DNA from: Squalus acanthias
Taxonomy: Eukaryota
Direction: 5' to 3'
Length of the DNA: 64,000 bases
Assembly: GCA_030390025.1 (NCBI GenBank)
Contig: CM059431.1
Coordinates: forward strand, 119,786,001 to 119,850,000
Below are positions 26,128 to 37,844 of this stretch, one piece after another. The notes beneath the pieces are model-generated. The model was not told the origin of the DNA. It was given only the letters and a program-made list of their open reading frames with translations, and did not search any database. The first letter of the stretch is position 1; each line of letters begins with the position of its first letter. The translations under genes were made by a program, and so were the position numbers.

Positions 26128-28975
26128 TATGAGTTGCTAATCAAGGTGCTTGTTTACTAGGCCAGGACGATCTGAGCATGCTCAGTTAATAATAGATTAA
26201 AGATATATCACATATTTAACCTGCATTAAGACTTTGCTTCATTGAAGAAAGAAAAGAAAGACTGAAGAATCCCTCAACCCTTCTCAGTGCACTGCCAAAG
26301 AACTGTATCCAAGCTAAAGCTGTTATCCACCAGAACCCCCGAGAACCATTATGTAACAACAATTAGGATACTGGGGAGTTCTGTGTTAATTGTTTCCATT
26401 CATAATATTCTTTACTTATTTCTGTAGATAGTGCTTTAAAAGTTAAAAAATCAGCAATCCAATTTTGAATACAGTAACAATATAGCATTAATTAAAATGA
26501 AGTTAAAGATCACCTGAGTTGTACTTTTTGAATTCCAGCCACATGAACATTTATTGCATGTTACACAGGGATGAGAAAACGTAGCACTTAATAGAGTAAA
26601 CGGCCAAAAATAGTCATGTTATTTCATATTGCAAGCGTAAAAGATGAAACTGCTCAGCATCCTGAAAAATGAGGACTTTGCATCATGTTTTCGATATAAA
26701 GGAATCAGCTCTCTAGGTCTCCTGGAGCACTGTAGTGTGTTCATCAGTTTATATAATAGCCCTGACATGGTTGCTCGGGGAAGACAGTTTTATATGACAG
26801 CAATTGTTTAGCTTATCACATAATTCCTAATGTAAGATGTCATAGTACTCTGAATGTGCACAACCTACTGTGTAGAATTATAAGTCAAGTCAATGGCAAA
26901 GCATTTCGGGTCAACTCCACTTCATCCAGTTTTACACAGACAGTAGCAACTACTGTTATACTAGTAATTGCTGTACAAGATAGCCACCTTGGTTCAATTG
27001 TAGTTTGAACATAAATATCAAGTGATCATTGCTAACATTACTCAAACTAAAACTGCATAAATTAGGTGGCATCAATTTAATGAGATCTCTTCATTGGATG
27101 TGACTTTTCCCTCTCATTTTCGTTTACTTCTATGCTCATTTTCTTAACCATAGGTCCTTTTTTTTGAAGTGGCTGCTGTGCTTTTTACTCTTTTCCTCAA
27201 TTACCAATGACATCAGTCTATGCCATTGTGCTCCAGAGGAGCGGAGAAAAGTAAATTGTGCTAAAAAATGTGGATAAGCATTACATAAATTGAATGCATG
27301 ATATTTACACAAATGGCCCTGAACTGTTTTGGTTGATTTTCTGAGAACATGAGGAAGATAAAACAAAACGCTATAAGGAACCACAAAAGGACATTTGGGC
27401 CATCAAACTTATACCCTTCACTGACCGTGCAAAATTTTCCATACAATGTTATCTATCAATTCACTCTTTCTCCTGAGGGGAACAAACGATTACGGGTAAG
27501 ATCTCCAAGAAGATAAAGTTCTGTGAAATTTCTTCCTGAGCCAAAGAAGGACCAAGCAAAAATTCATTTTAACTGTCTTAAGTGCTGAAAATCTACTTTG
27601 TGAATCCAGCCAGCATCCATAATACGTTATTTCAGAGAATAGTTCAGATCAGTTACATGATCATTGTTAAAATAAAGACAACTAGTTTACAAATATATTT
27701 TAACCATTTGGAATTAACGTGGCCTAGATTTTCCACTTCCGTGGATTTGGCGCACATCTGAAGAAATAAAGCAATGGAAATATTTAAGTACTGCATTCCT
27801 TACCTGTTGCTCCAAACAGGGCATTTTATTTTTTGCTTGTAATATCCCTTTTTAATTGCCTACTTGTAGATTTTATATACAATGAAGGGGGCTTTGGGCC
27901 CAGAATATCTGTGGTGGCACATTTCTGACAGTTACACTTGGATGGCACCTGCCATGGAACTCTGCCACTGACCCTGCCAAAGCTTGTGAGACCAGGGGTC
28001 AGAGTCTGCAAGAAGTGGATCTTTGGCTGTGTGGGAACACATCTGCAGTGCCATCCTGCCAAGGACCCTGGAAATTCAGGTGTTAACTGGCTGGCCCATG
28101 AGCTGCCCTGATGTCCAGTCTTAAGAGAACATTTTGGGTGCCCAAGTGACCCGCTTAGAAAGGGAGCTGTTTAGCATCCTCAAAATATTTTTTGCGCTCC
28201 ACAACTTCATAGGTCCAAGCCTCAACCCTAGCCTGGATCCCCAGGTGGGCCGGATTGGGTAGGCACACATGATGAGACTAAGCACGTCTGCACCATTACA
28301 AAAGCAAAATACTGCAGATGCTGGAGATCTGAAATTAAAACAGAAAATGCTGGAGATACTCAGCAGGGCAGGCAGCATCTGTGGAGAGAGAACCAGAAAT
28401 GATGAAAGGTCATCGACCTGAATCTTTGGCTGGAATTTTCTGGGGTCCATGCGGGCGTGATTGGAGGTGGGTCGGGTGTGAAATTTGAAAAAGGTTGGAG
28501 CGGGTTGGGAAGCCGGCATCATCCCGTTCCCATGTGCCTTTCCCTCGGTTACGTTTGCCAGTGTGGTAGCGACCCGGCCGGCAGAGGCGGGTGACCTCAT
28601 TCAAATCATTGACAGGTAGTTGTCAAACCCTTAAGAGCCTTTTAAAGCCTATCTTTCAAATTTTCCTGGCTACCCGTGGGATTCACGTAGCTTGGGAACC
28701 ACGTCTGTCAGCCTGAGGCGGGAGTTGAGTGGCCATTGCTCCAGCTGATTAGATGACAGCATGAAATGTACTATAAGAGCTCCAACTTCACAGCTGATCA
28801 CTTTCCTCAGGCAGAAGCTGTTGCTGACTGCATTCCCAGCACACAATTAGCTTTTTACAGGCTGCAAGTGTTTCCAGCAAAGTCGCCATCCAGTCTCACC
28901 TCATTGGCAGAACCTATCACTCCATTGAAAGCTGCTCCTCTGATCGCTACTTGACCTCTCATCTATTCCATCAGC

Positions 28976-30225
28976 ATGGATGCCATTTATACTGTGTCAC
29001 CTTGGTCCGCAGAATTGGACCACGATCAGCCGCAACACCATCAGCACCAGGCACACCTGTAGCACCAACAACAACACCACCAACCTTCTCCTCAACCACC
29101 TGATGCTGCACAGGACAGATGGCATCAGCACAGGGCTGCATCGTGCCGGAGGCGATATCCCCAACACAGGGTATACAGGCAGAGGATGAGCTTCCTCAAC
29201 ATGACTGAACAGCAGTGCCAAAGGAGGCTTAGGCTATCGCGCCAGGTTGTCGCAGACATTTGCATATTGCTCGAGCAAGACCTGCAGCCCAGAGGAGTGG
29301 GTGGACTTGCCTTACCAGTGGCTGTCAAAGTCACCAGCACCCTCAACTTCTTCGCCTCAGGCTCCTTCCAGGGATCTATGGCATCTTGCAGTCGGCCGCC
29401 CACAGATGCATCACACAGGTCACCGATGCCCTGTTTGACAACTCAGCCAATTATATAAATTTTGCAACTGATGAAGCCAGTGTTACTGAGCGGGCGCTTG
29501 ACTTTGCCACTCTGGTTGGCTTCCCACGGGTGCAGTGTGTCATCAACTGCACACATGTGGCCATCACTGCACCCCATCATAACCGAGGAGTCTTTGTCAA
29601 CTGCAAGGGTTTCCACTCCCCCAATGTGCATCTGGTGTGCAACCATAGGAAGATCATCACGCATGTGTATGCCAAATTCCCTGGAAGCTGCCATGACTGT
29701 TCATCCTTTGCCAGTCCACCCTCCCTCAGCTCTTCACACCTCCAAACAGACTTTCCAGCTGGCTGCTTGGAGACAAGGGCTAGCCACTAAAGACGTGGCT
29801 CATGACACCCTTGAGGAGACCAAGTACTGAGGCCCAGAAGAGTTACAATGAAAACCACATTTTCACCAGATATGTCATAGAGCATTCTCAAATTGCGCTT
29901 CAGATGCCTTGACAGATCTGGAGCAGCCCTTCAGTACGCACCATCCAGGGTTTCCAAAATCGTCGTGGTCTGCTGTGCCCTGCACAACATAGCACAGCAG
30001 CGAGGATTAGCGCTGCATGAGGAGCAAGGCACTGAGCGCACAGCCTCTTCAGAGGAGGAGGAGAAGGAGGAGGAGGAGGAGAAGGAGGAGGAGGAGGAGC
30101 ATCAGCTGGAAGATGAGGAGGAGGAGGAGCAGGAGGAACCCGAGTTCCAGATCCCACCAGCACCCTAGCATATTGCTCCCCTGGAGGCCAGGGATGGCCT
30201 CATCATGTCCAGATTTACGCAGTAC
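28976..30225 (+). pseudogene. Harbinger DDE transposase (HARBI1-like), disrupted
   Basis: Motifs [59 protein letters not shown]...CCALHNIA and an acidic tail. Frameshifts and stops present; first catalytic D reads N. Confidence 0.9.
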
Positions 30226-30554
30226 ACCCATATGGCTGCCGCATGCTTGGCTAGGGTGGCACTACCACACAGCAACACCATAAAGCATCCCTACAATGAC
30301 CAAGCCATTCCTTTCACACTGACCACCATTGCTGGAGGTACTGTTATGTCTCTCCATTCACTCCAACTCACTAAGCAACTTCCAAAGGTGCACACAAATG
30401 TGTCCAAAACTACGAAGTGGTGAGAATAAAGATTTTAATGGTTGACAATACATTAACGGAAACTTGCCAATAAAATTCACTAAAAGACTCAAGTGGCTAC
30501 CCTTGTGAATCTACTTGTGTGTCATCTTTCTCTTCCGCGTGCTTCAACAAAGTG

Positions 30555-32193
30555 TGTAGAATTCGCAAAATTATCGCGATTTTATAATAATGAGAAGGAG
30601 ACATAAAGTTTCGTATAAACAGCTTTATTTCAGCAAAATGCTGTCCTGTTTCAAAAAGGACACAAGCAGCCTGTAAAATGGCCGCCACGCCTCGTGGCAG
30701 AAGGTTCTAGACTTTCAGTAGGCAGACAAGATGGCGTTTCAATAAACATTTCAGCAAGATCGGACAGGACTCAGCACATTGGAGATAATGACAAGACGCG
30801 ATGGGTTTGCATTTTAAACATAAATACTGGAATCGGTTTTCCAGGTACAAACAAGAGCTATTGTACTGGACAATCAAGGACCCATCCAAAGACATTGACA
30901 TGCAAATCCCCCACGGCTCTACGATGAGAGAGCCGTTCGCAGGTACTCACAGCAAGCATTTGGAAGCCCCCAAAACCCCTCCAGGGAGACTACTAGCCGG
31001 TTCCACAATGGGAGAAATATTAACGGGTACTCAGACAGTTACAAGTATCACCGAAACCCATTAACGACAAGTACCACCCCATACAAGAAGTTTGAGCGCC
31101 AATACATGACAAAGATGAACATTTAGATTGGGCGGGAGATAAGGAATTACAGTACTATAAACTGTAGTGTCCAAACGTCCATCTTTCTCTTATTTCTTTA
31201 CCACCGACTGGAGCTCTGGACTCTCATTCTCTGATCCGCTAATTTTCCGGGAGTCAACCTCGTGGCTTGCCGTGAAGATCTGTGGAGAACTGGTCTGCGA
31301 AGGCCTGGAAGCGGGCGCACCATCCCGAGAAGTCGGTAAACGGTGTTGGAACCGAAGGCCCGAGAGGAGATGAGATGAGATGAGATGAGAAGAGAAGAAG
31401 ACGACAACATGTATTGCCACGGTCAGTAAGCCCCGACCGCGCCCAAAAATCGATTAACCACTTCTTTGAATTCTACCGACTTCTTCACAACTGGCCCAGG
31501 AAGACTCTTCTTCGAATTCTATCGAACCGGTGTAGGGCACAGGAAGACTCTTCTTCGAGTGGTGTCCGAACTCCGAGACCAACACAGATCTTCATGGTAG
31601 CAGACGATCCAGCCTGCTAGCCGGAGCCGAAAGCGAGTAAACAAGTGGGGTACAGAGACCCCTGATCAACACGTGAATAGTCAGGTGCTGTGGCGAAAAT
31701 ATCCGAGCAGCGTTTCAGAATTCTCCGAATTGTCCCGATTGGTGAGCATGAGTCTCGATCCTACAGATCTATTTTAGGACAGGCATTGATAGGGGAGGTT
31801 TTGGTTTTAAGGATAATTATAATGTGTGTCCCCTTTTACGATGTGTCGTGCGCTCCTCGTTTCCCTAAAATTAGTTTCATAACTGTGTGTAAGATTGTAC
31901 TGTCATTAATCTGTGCTTATGACATGTATCTCGTAATCTTGAACAATATGCAATAAAGATTTTCCATTTCGTACTATTCAACCGGGTCTACCTGAGTTTT
32001 CTCTGCATTATTGCTCTCGCACCTAAGTCCAGTGTCAGAACCGTAAGGGCGAGTGGGTCGAACCACTCACAGGTGTCTAGTGTCATCAGGCTGGCTGGAG
32101 ACCAGAACAGGCAACAAGGCCTAACACCGCACTAGCACCCAGGCTACGCACAGAGCAGCCTTCGGCACCGAGCCGAGCACGGTATCCCTTACA
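30555..32193 (+). repeat. 5' LTR (1639 bp)
   Basis: TGTAGAA...CCCTTACA. About 22 substitutions and 1 indel versus the 3' LTR by eye. TATAAA at 31156, AATAAA at 31952. Confidence 0.97.
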
Positions 32194-32198
32194 GGAAA

Positions 32199-32216
32199 TG
32201 GCAACCACGAAGGGAC
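32199..32216 (+). promoter_or_regulatory. Primer binding site, tRNA-Arg(UCG)
   Basis: TGGCAACCACGAAGGGAC, 5 nt after the LTR, is complementary to a vertebrate tRNA-Arg 3' end (...CCCUUCGUGGUUGCCA) as recalled. Confidence 0.8.
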
Positions 32217-32251
32217 ACTGGCAGCGAGAAAATAATGTGTTAGACCCTGGT

Positions 32252-33996
32252 ATGAATGTGCGAAAAGTTATGGAAGAGAGAATAGCAGATTATGTTTTTA
32301 GAAAAGTTAATTTGACTAAGAGATGGATAAGTGACCTGCTGGTGGATAAGCATCCGCTAGAGGCAGCCATGAGGTGGACAGGTAGCAAGGAGCATAAAAA
32401 ATCTGTGGAGAAAGCGGTCTGGCTGATGTGTTATAAAAGGCAAGTCCAGATTTCGGACCAGGTCATCATAGCGCAGGTAGCTCAGATCAAGGGTTTAGAG
32501 GTGGAAATGGACGAGAAGGTCGCGGGGGGGCAGCAGCTCATCGCGTCTTTAAATGCGTTGCATCAAGAACGCCAGTTAGTCGCCAACCACCATGAGGCGA
32601 AAATAGATTACCTCGAGTGCCAGGTCACTGAGGCAAAATTAAATGAGGGCTGAATAAGGGAACGATGTGCCCGCCTAGCTGCCCAAATAAAAGCCCAGGA
32701 AGAGAGCTTAAAGGGGGTTAGGGCGGCATATAAGATGGCCCTCGAGGATAAACATGAGGGGGGCGATCACAGCGTCTGCCAAAGAGAGATAGGGAACCTT
32801 AAAGAGGCCCTGAATAAAGCGCACGGCATGGTGTGCCTTATCAGCCCATCAGCACACCAGCCGCCGGTGGGTGGGGAATTTCAGAAATCCCTACCGAACA
32901 AAGCAGAGGAGGTATTTGCCACTGTGCCCTCCGCGCCACCCAGCTATTCAGCAACCTGCGTAAGGGAGGAAGTGGTAGAAGTAGAGGAAGAGGTCCCGAG
33001 GTAGAACAGTCCCCAGAGGTAGTGTCGAAGCCGGGACCGTTGTGTCCGGTCACGGGTCTCAAGAGGGGCCCGAACGGAGACGGTGGGGTAGCGGGGGATC
33101 TCCTCAACCAGCTTGTGTTGCCTCACAGCGCACACCAGCTGAGGGCTATGATCAGCCACGTACGGAAGCTGTCCGAGTCAGACGACCCTTCCGTACATTT
33201 CAGGGAGGTAGAGCAGACCGCAGCCATTAACGGCTGCGACGATGGGGAAAGGGCTAAAATGCTGTTGTTCTCCTTAGACAGCTCGATCCTCCAGTGTCTC
33301 TCAGACGCGAGTAAAAGGGGTAATAGGACCTATGAGGAGTTAAGAGATGAGGTCCTAGAAGTATTGGGGGCGGACGACGAAGGTCCGTTTGTGAGATTGG
33401 GACAGACTAAGCAGATGGAGGGAGAACCCCCGAAGGTTTTTGCCGACAGGCTGTGGCCTGTCTATCAGCGTAGTTGCCCAGGCGCGCCCGAGCGCGTTGA
33501 TTTAGACGGTGTTGGTTTAGCTCACTGGCTCAGATGTATAGTAGCCAACAGCTTACCAGCCGTGAGGGAGCAGGCCAAAGCATGGTTTGACCCCACTAAC
33601 CCCATCACAACTGAGGAGTCGGTCTTAAACCAACTCACGGTAGGGTACCGTAATACCAGGAGTACGGGAGCACATCCCCTTAAGGGAAAGGTGCATGAGG
33701 CGCGGCCCACAGCCCCGGCTCAAAAGGAGTGGCATCAGGAGGGAAATCGCGTCCCACAAGCCAGTAATGCTTGTTTCGGGTGCGGAAAGACAGGGCACTG
33801 GCGCAAGAACTGCAGGAACCCTTGGAAGGAGTCCAGGGATAAAAATCCCGCAGTCCGAGCCCAGGCGCCTGTCTCTGATAAGGGAGCTGGTGTGCCTATC
33901 CATCCCGATGCGATAGAATCAATGTTGGGAGCCATGCGGACCCTCATGATTTTGCACGGAGAGGTAGCAACAGCCCCAGGCAACCCGGACTTCTGA
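32252..33996 (+). pseudogene. gag: gag (N-terminal coiled coil, capsid-like core, CCHC knuckle)
   Basis: ORFs 32198-32653 and 32735-33004 are in the same frame, separated by TGA at 32651. ORF 32833-33996 follows a frameshift near 33000. CFGCGKTGHWRKNC at 33772-33813. Confidence 0.85.
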
Positions 33997-35178
33997 CTGG
34001 AACCGGCGCAGCCCGTTTACCTGTGTCCCTTTAAAAGACACGCACAGGAGGGGGTCCCCTGTGAGGAGGCCAGGTTAAGAGAGCAGGCCTTGAGGGAGGA
34101 GAACACCCGTTTAATGGGGAAAGTAGACGGGCTAGAAGGGCAGCTTGGAGAGCAGGCCCTGCGGGAGGAGAACGCCCGCTTAATGGGGAAAGTAGATGGG
34201 CTGGAAGGGCAGCTGAGAGAGCAGGCCTTGCGGGAGGAGAACGCCCGTTTAATGGGGAAAATGGATGGGTCAGAAGGGCAGCTTAGAGAGATAAAAGCAG
34301 CCTACTGGGTAGCCAGAAGCAGGGAGAATGAGGATTTTAATCAGTGCAATCTGTATAAGCCAGGTGCACAAGGGCCAACCACAGGGGCCAAACCTGCGAG
34401 TGGGGACTCGCAGCCCCGGGTAGGGCCACAGGGCACACAGGCAGGTAAAGCAGATTGCATCAGGGGAGAGGACATCCTAGCAAAATGTAGGATCCTTTAT
34501 TGGGGTTGGGAGTCAGATGAGGGAGAGTTCGAGGAGCTCGACCAGGATAGTGACACAAGCGAAGAGGAGCGGGAATCGGAGGACCAAAGGGTCGCCCCCG
34601 ATTCAGGTAAAGGGAAGATAGGGACTGCAGATGGAGATCCACACAGGGTGGAGACAGAAGATGCAGGTCCCGAACTCAGGGGGGCGGAGCTAGGGGAGGC
34701 GGAGCCAGCGGCTGTGGTGGGACCACAGGACGCGGCAATGGAAGCCTCAGAACCCAGTCCGTCCGCCTTGAACGTCTTGCCCTCGAGGGAGGTAGGGACT
34801 GCGAGTGAAGGGCTGCCTACTGGGCCAAGTAGGGCGGTGCCAGAGGCTGCAGATCCCGAGTTCAGGGAGGCGGAGTCAGGGGAGGCGGAGCCAGCGGCTA
34901 TGGCGGGACCACAGGTCGCAACGGTGGAAGTCTCAAAACCCGGTCCGTCGATCCTGGAGTTCCTGCCCTCGGTAGTTCCCCGTAGGTCAAGTCGGACACC
35001 CCAGCCCAGGAAGATGTGGATAAGTCCCCCGTATGTCCCTAGGCGTAGGTCCAGGGCTAAAGCAGCCCAGGGAGATCCCAGTCCCAGCGCAGCAGCAACA
35101 GGCTGCGGCAGATCAAAAGGAGGGGTCAGCGCCCTCCCACCGTTGGGAGAAGCCTGCGGCAGCAACCGCAGAATTTGA
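33997..35178 (+). CDS. Open frame continuing gag past UGA: coiled-coil repeats plus acidic/Pro-rich tail, occupying the pol position
   Basis: No stop from 33997 to 35175, same frame as the gag C-terminus (93 nt to the annotated 34090 start). Three LREQALREENARLMGKVDGLEGQ-type repeats. Confidence 0.6.
   Translation: MEPAQPVYLCPFKRHAQEGVPCEEARLREQALREENTRLMGKVDGLEGQLGEQALREENARLMGKVDGLEGQLREQALREENARLMGKMDGSEGQLREIKAAYWVARSRENEDFNQCNLYKPGAQGPTTGAKPASGDSQPRVGPQGTQAGKADCIRGEDILAKCRILYWGWESDEGEFEELDQDSDTSEEERESEDQRVAPDSGKGKIGTADGDPHRVETEDAGPELRGAELGEAEPAAVVGPQDAAMEASEPSPSALNVLPSREVGTASEGLPTGPSRAVPEAADPEFREAESGEAEPAAMAGPQVATVEVSKPGPSILEFLPSVVPRRSSRTPQPRKMWISPPYVPRRRSRAKAAQGDPSPSAAATGCGRSKGGVSALPPLGEACGSNRRI
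34078..34284 (+). repeat. 3 x 69-bp in-frame tandem repeat
   Basis: Unit AGAGAGCAGGCCTTG...GAAGGGCAGCTT. Confidence 0.95.
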
Positions 35179-35448
35179 GTAGGCCGCCCTGGGAACGGGC
35201 GGCGCTGTACAGTTATAAGATAAGTGATAAGTTTTTATAGTTTGTAAGTTTTAAGTTTGATAGTTTAATTTTGATAAGTAAAAGGTAAATGATGGGAGTT
35301 TAGATTAGGTTTAGTTAAAAGATCTGTCCAGTGCACATGTTTTTTTTTCGTGAGGCGAGGTCAGGGGACCCGCTCACCCTTCACAAAAGCCAGAGACTCT
35401 TGGGAGGCTGGCTACATCATTTTATCTGATCACAGGAACCAAGGAAGG

Positions 35449-37394
35449 ATGGAACGGATTCTGGTAGTGCTCGCGGCAATCGGATGTGGACTGGCCTATC
35501 GAGGCCGCACCAAGGATGTCGTGGTGTTTGGTTGCTCCGGGGACACGGCCCCCATCGCGGTGGATGGGACCGGGAGGCGAGAGGCTGAGGAGACCGCCAC
35601 CTACTTCCACAAGGGAAGGTGGCCAGGATGGCTGGGAACGAATTCAACTGAATACTCCAGCACAACGGGTTTTGCCTACAAAGAGACTTCTTTAATGTGC
35701 CCCAAAGTGAGGATCATCGCACCCAGAGTCAGCGTCACCGTCGGCAAACGGATTTGTTTGACTTGTAATGGGAATGTTCCATTGAGCCGATGGTGGTGGC
35801 TACGAAAGCTGAGCAAAACCATGAGGAACTCTTCGGTCGAGTGGGAGCGACTGGGTAATAATACCCATCGGACAATTACGGGGACTAACGGACAATTGAA
35901 AGTCTGTTGGGACAAATGGTGGGAACCGGATGAGGGAGTTTATGTTTGTATGTGGGGGTCGAAGCACGTTTGCCCCAAAGGCATCTCCATAGTTTTCATC
36001 AATCAGTGGCAGGATAATGGGAAAGGGATGAGGTGGGATGCAAGCACCAGGGGGTGCGGGGCTCCATACTCTCCGATCCCGGTAAACGCCACTGAGCTCA
36101 TTACGTGCCCACGCAAGGCCCCGCTCACGATTCCGGTGGTTCTGGCTGAGGAAGAAGGGTGCCCTAAAACCAGTAAGGGACCCGGGAATGGTTTGGTACT
36201 GGTCCCTACAGACCAGCTACTATTTCAGGGGGTACATTATGCGGTGGCCTCGGTGATTTTAAACCTCACCGAGGTGCGGTTGCCAAAGTGGTGCCCCAAA
36301 GAGACGGAACAATTATATCAGGTCCTGTTGACCAAAATGTTTAGGCAATTTTATGAGTTCGATTTCGCGGAAATTGATAAAACAAGTTTGTACACTGCAC
36401 CACATGAAGTTTTGGGCCAGGTGGGGAGGCAAAGAAGGGGTGTTGTGAACGACATGTTCACTGCGTTTAATAAGCATACCCAGTCCCCGTGGACTGCGGA
36501 CGATCAAACCACACCATTATGGGTGTAGTTTTACGTATGCCGGTTTTGGGCGACACAGCAAAGCCCGCCCCGGTATATCGGGTAGAGAACATTGGTGTCA
36601 TTCAGGGGGGAGCCCACATTCGCTATGCAGCGGTTCCACCTTACGTCATCCGCTGGGAGCAAACGATGACAGGTACAGATCTCTCTGGTTGTTGTGGCAG
36701 GGGAGCACACATAATCCTGTGTCCCCAGCACTTGAATGCCTTTTGATTACCACAGTGCGGGTTCAGAACGGCTGGCGCCAAGCCCATGAATTACACCATG
36801 GAGGCAATGGCACAAGATCATGTGCCTCCGCAGGTAGCATACCTCGGGGGTGGATCATATTGTGTTACCACTGCAGCGCAACACTACCAGCATGGAAACC
36901 GTAGCCGGTGTCCGGTAAGTGACAGCAGTTTCTGTTTTAAACCCAGGGCTCAAGTTCAAGTGGCACAGCAGCGAATTGTTCCGATCCCTGAACCATCCAC
37001 TGTTCATCTAACTGTAAAGGAGAATTTTACCGACTTGCAGCGATTCGTCGCGCATTTCGGATACCTCATTCCCCCTCTCCCTGAACACCTCACCAAACTT
37101 TTGAAGGCCGTTGCGGTTTCGCAAAAGCATTATTATACCCTTGAGCAGAAAACTGTCGAGATAGGGTCAGAGATTTTAGACATAGTAATCCCACCGTAGT
37201 GGGATCTGTTCACAAATATTCAAGTGCCGTCCTGGATCAGAATAACCTCCCACATTTTACTTGTATGCCAAGTGTTTATTGTGATATACTTATTGGTCGT
37301 GCATTGTAAGAGAGGCAAACGCCTTACCAAGAACGAAAACACGGGAGAGTGGCGAGAGCGTTACATGCGCATGCACGATGAAAGCACCGCATAA
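35449..37394 (+). pseudogene. env: env-like glycoprotein: signal peptide, Ig-like domain, furin site, Cys-rich F-like ectodomain, TM
   Basis: MERILVVLAAIGCGLA signal; RQRR|GVVNDMF at 36427-36438; frameshift/deletion near 36475; stops at 36744 and 37197; TM ILLVCQVFIVIYLLVVHC then KRGKR; stop at 37392-37394. Candidate splice acceptor CACAG ends at 35435. Confidence 0.85.
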
Positions 37395-37832
37395 ACGGCC
37401 AAAATGGCGTCACTCCAGTTTTTCCACGTGCGCCTCGGAATTATTGTAATTGATTGTGATTTTTCTCAGAAACTGTAATTAAGTTTGGAACTCTGTATGT
37501 TTAAGAGTTGTTTTTTTTTGATTATTTTGATTTTGTGTTGTTAATATGATTGTTTGGTTGTTTTTGTTTTCTTTTTCTTCCTTGAATAAAAAATATGCAT
37601 ATGCAGGTGGTGCGAGAGGCATCGGCCTGGGTACACCTGGAGGAAATACAAGCGGTGTAAGTTAAAGGCAAATGCTGCCTACGGTGTTAAAAAAATTTAA
37701 TTTTTCCTGGGAAATATGGACGACACGGAGACCCTAGATAGTTTTAAGTTATGGGAATTTTTAGATATGGAGAATCGAGATAATATTGCTCACCACAATG
37801 TTTTTGATACGATAAGCGGAGTTATTCGCATC

Positions 37833-37844
37833 AACGGGAGGGAC
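37833..37844 (+). promoter_or_regulatory. Polypurine tract
   Basis: AACGGGAGGGAC immediately before the 3' LTR. Confidence 0.7.

Noticed and set aside
28976..30225. Host HARBI1 gene
   Set aside because: Bounded by TIRs, paired with a Myb gene and disrupted, so it is a transposon copy and not the domesticated gene.
30017..30283. Poly-Arg and poly-Leu ORFs
   Set aside because: Alternative frames of the (GAG)n acidic tail of the transposase.
30497..31956. Short ORFs in both LTRs as accessory genes
   Set aside because: They are repeated only because the LTRs are near-identical, are all under ~115 aa, and have no recognisable motifs.
34078..34284. Tandem repeats here and at 40861-41024 as CRISPR-like arrays
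   Set aside because: Head-to-tail units with no unique spacers, in a eukaryotic context.
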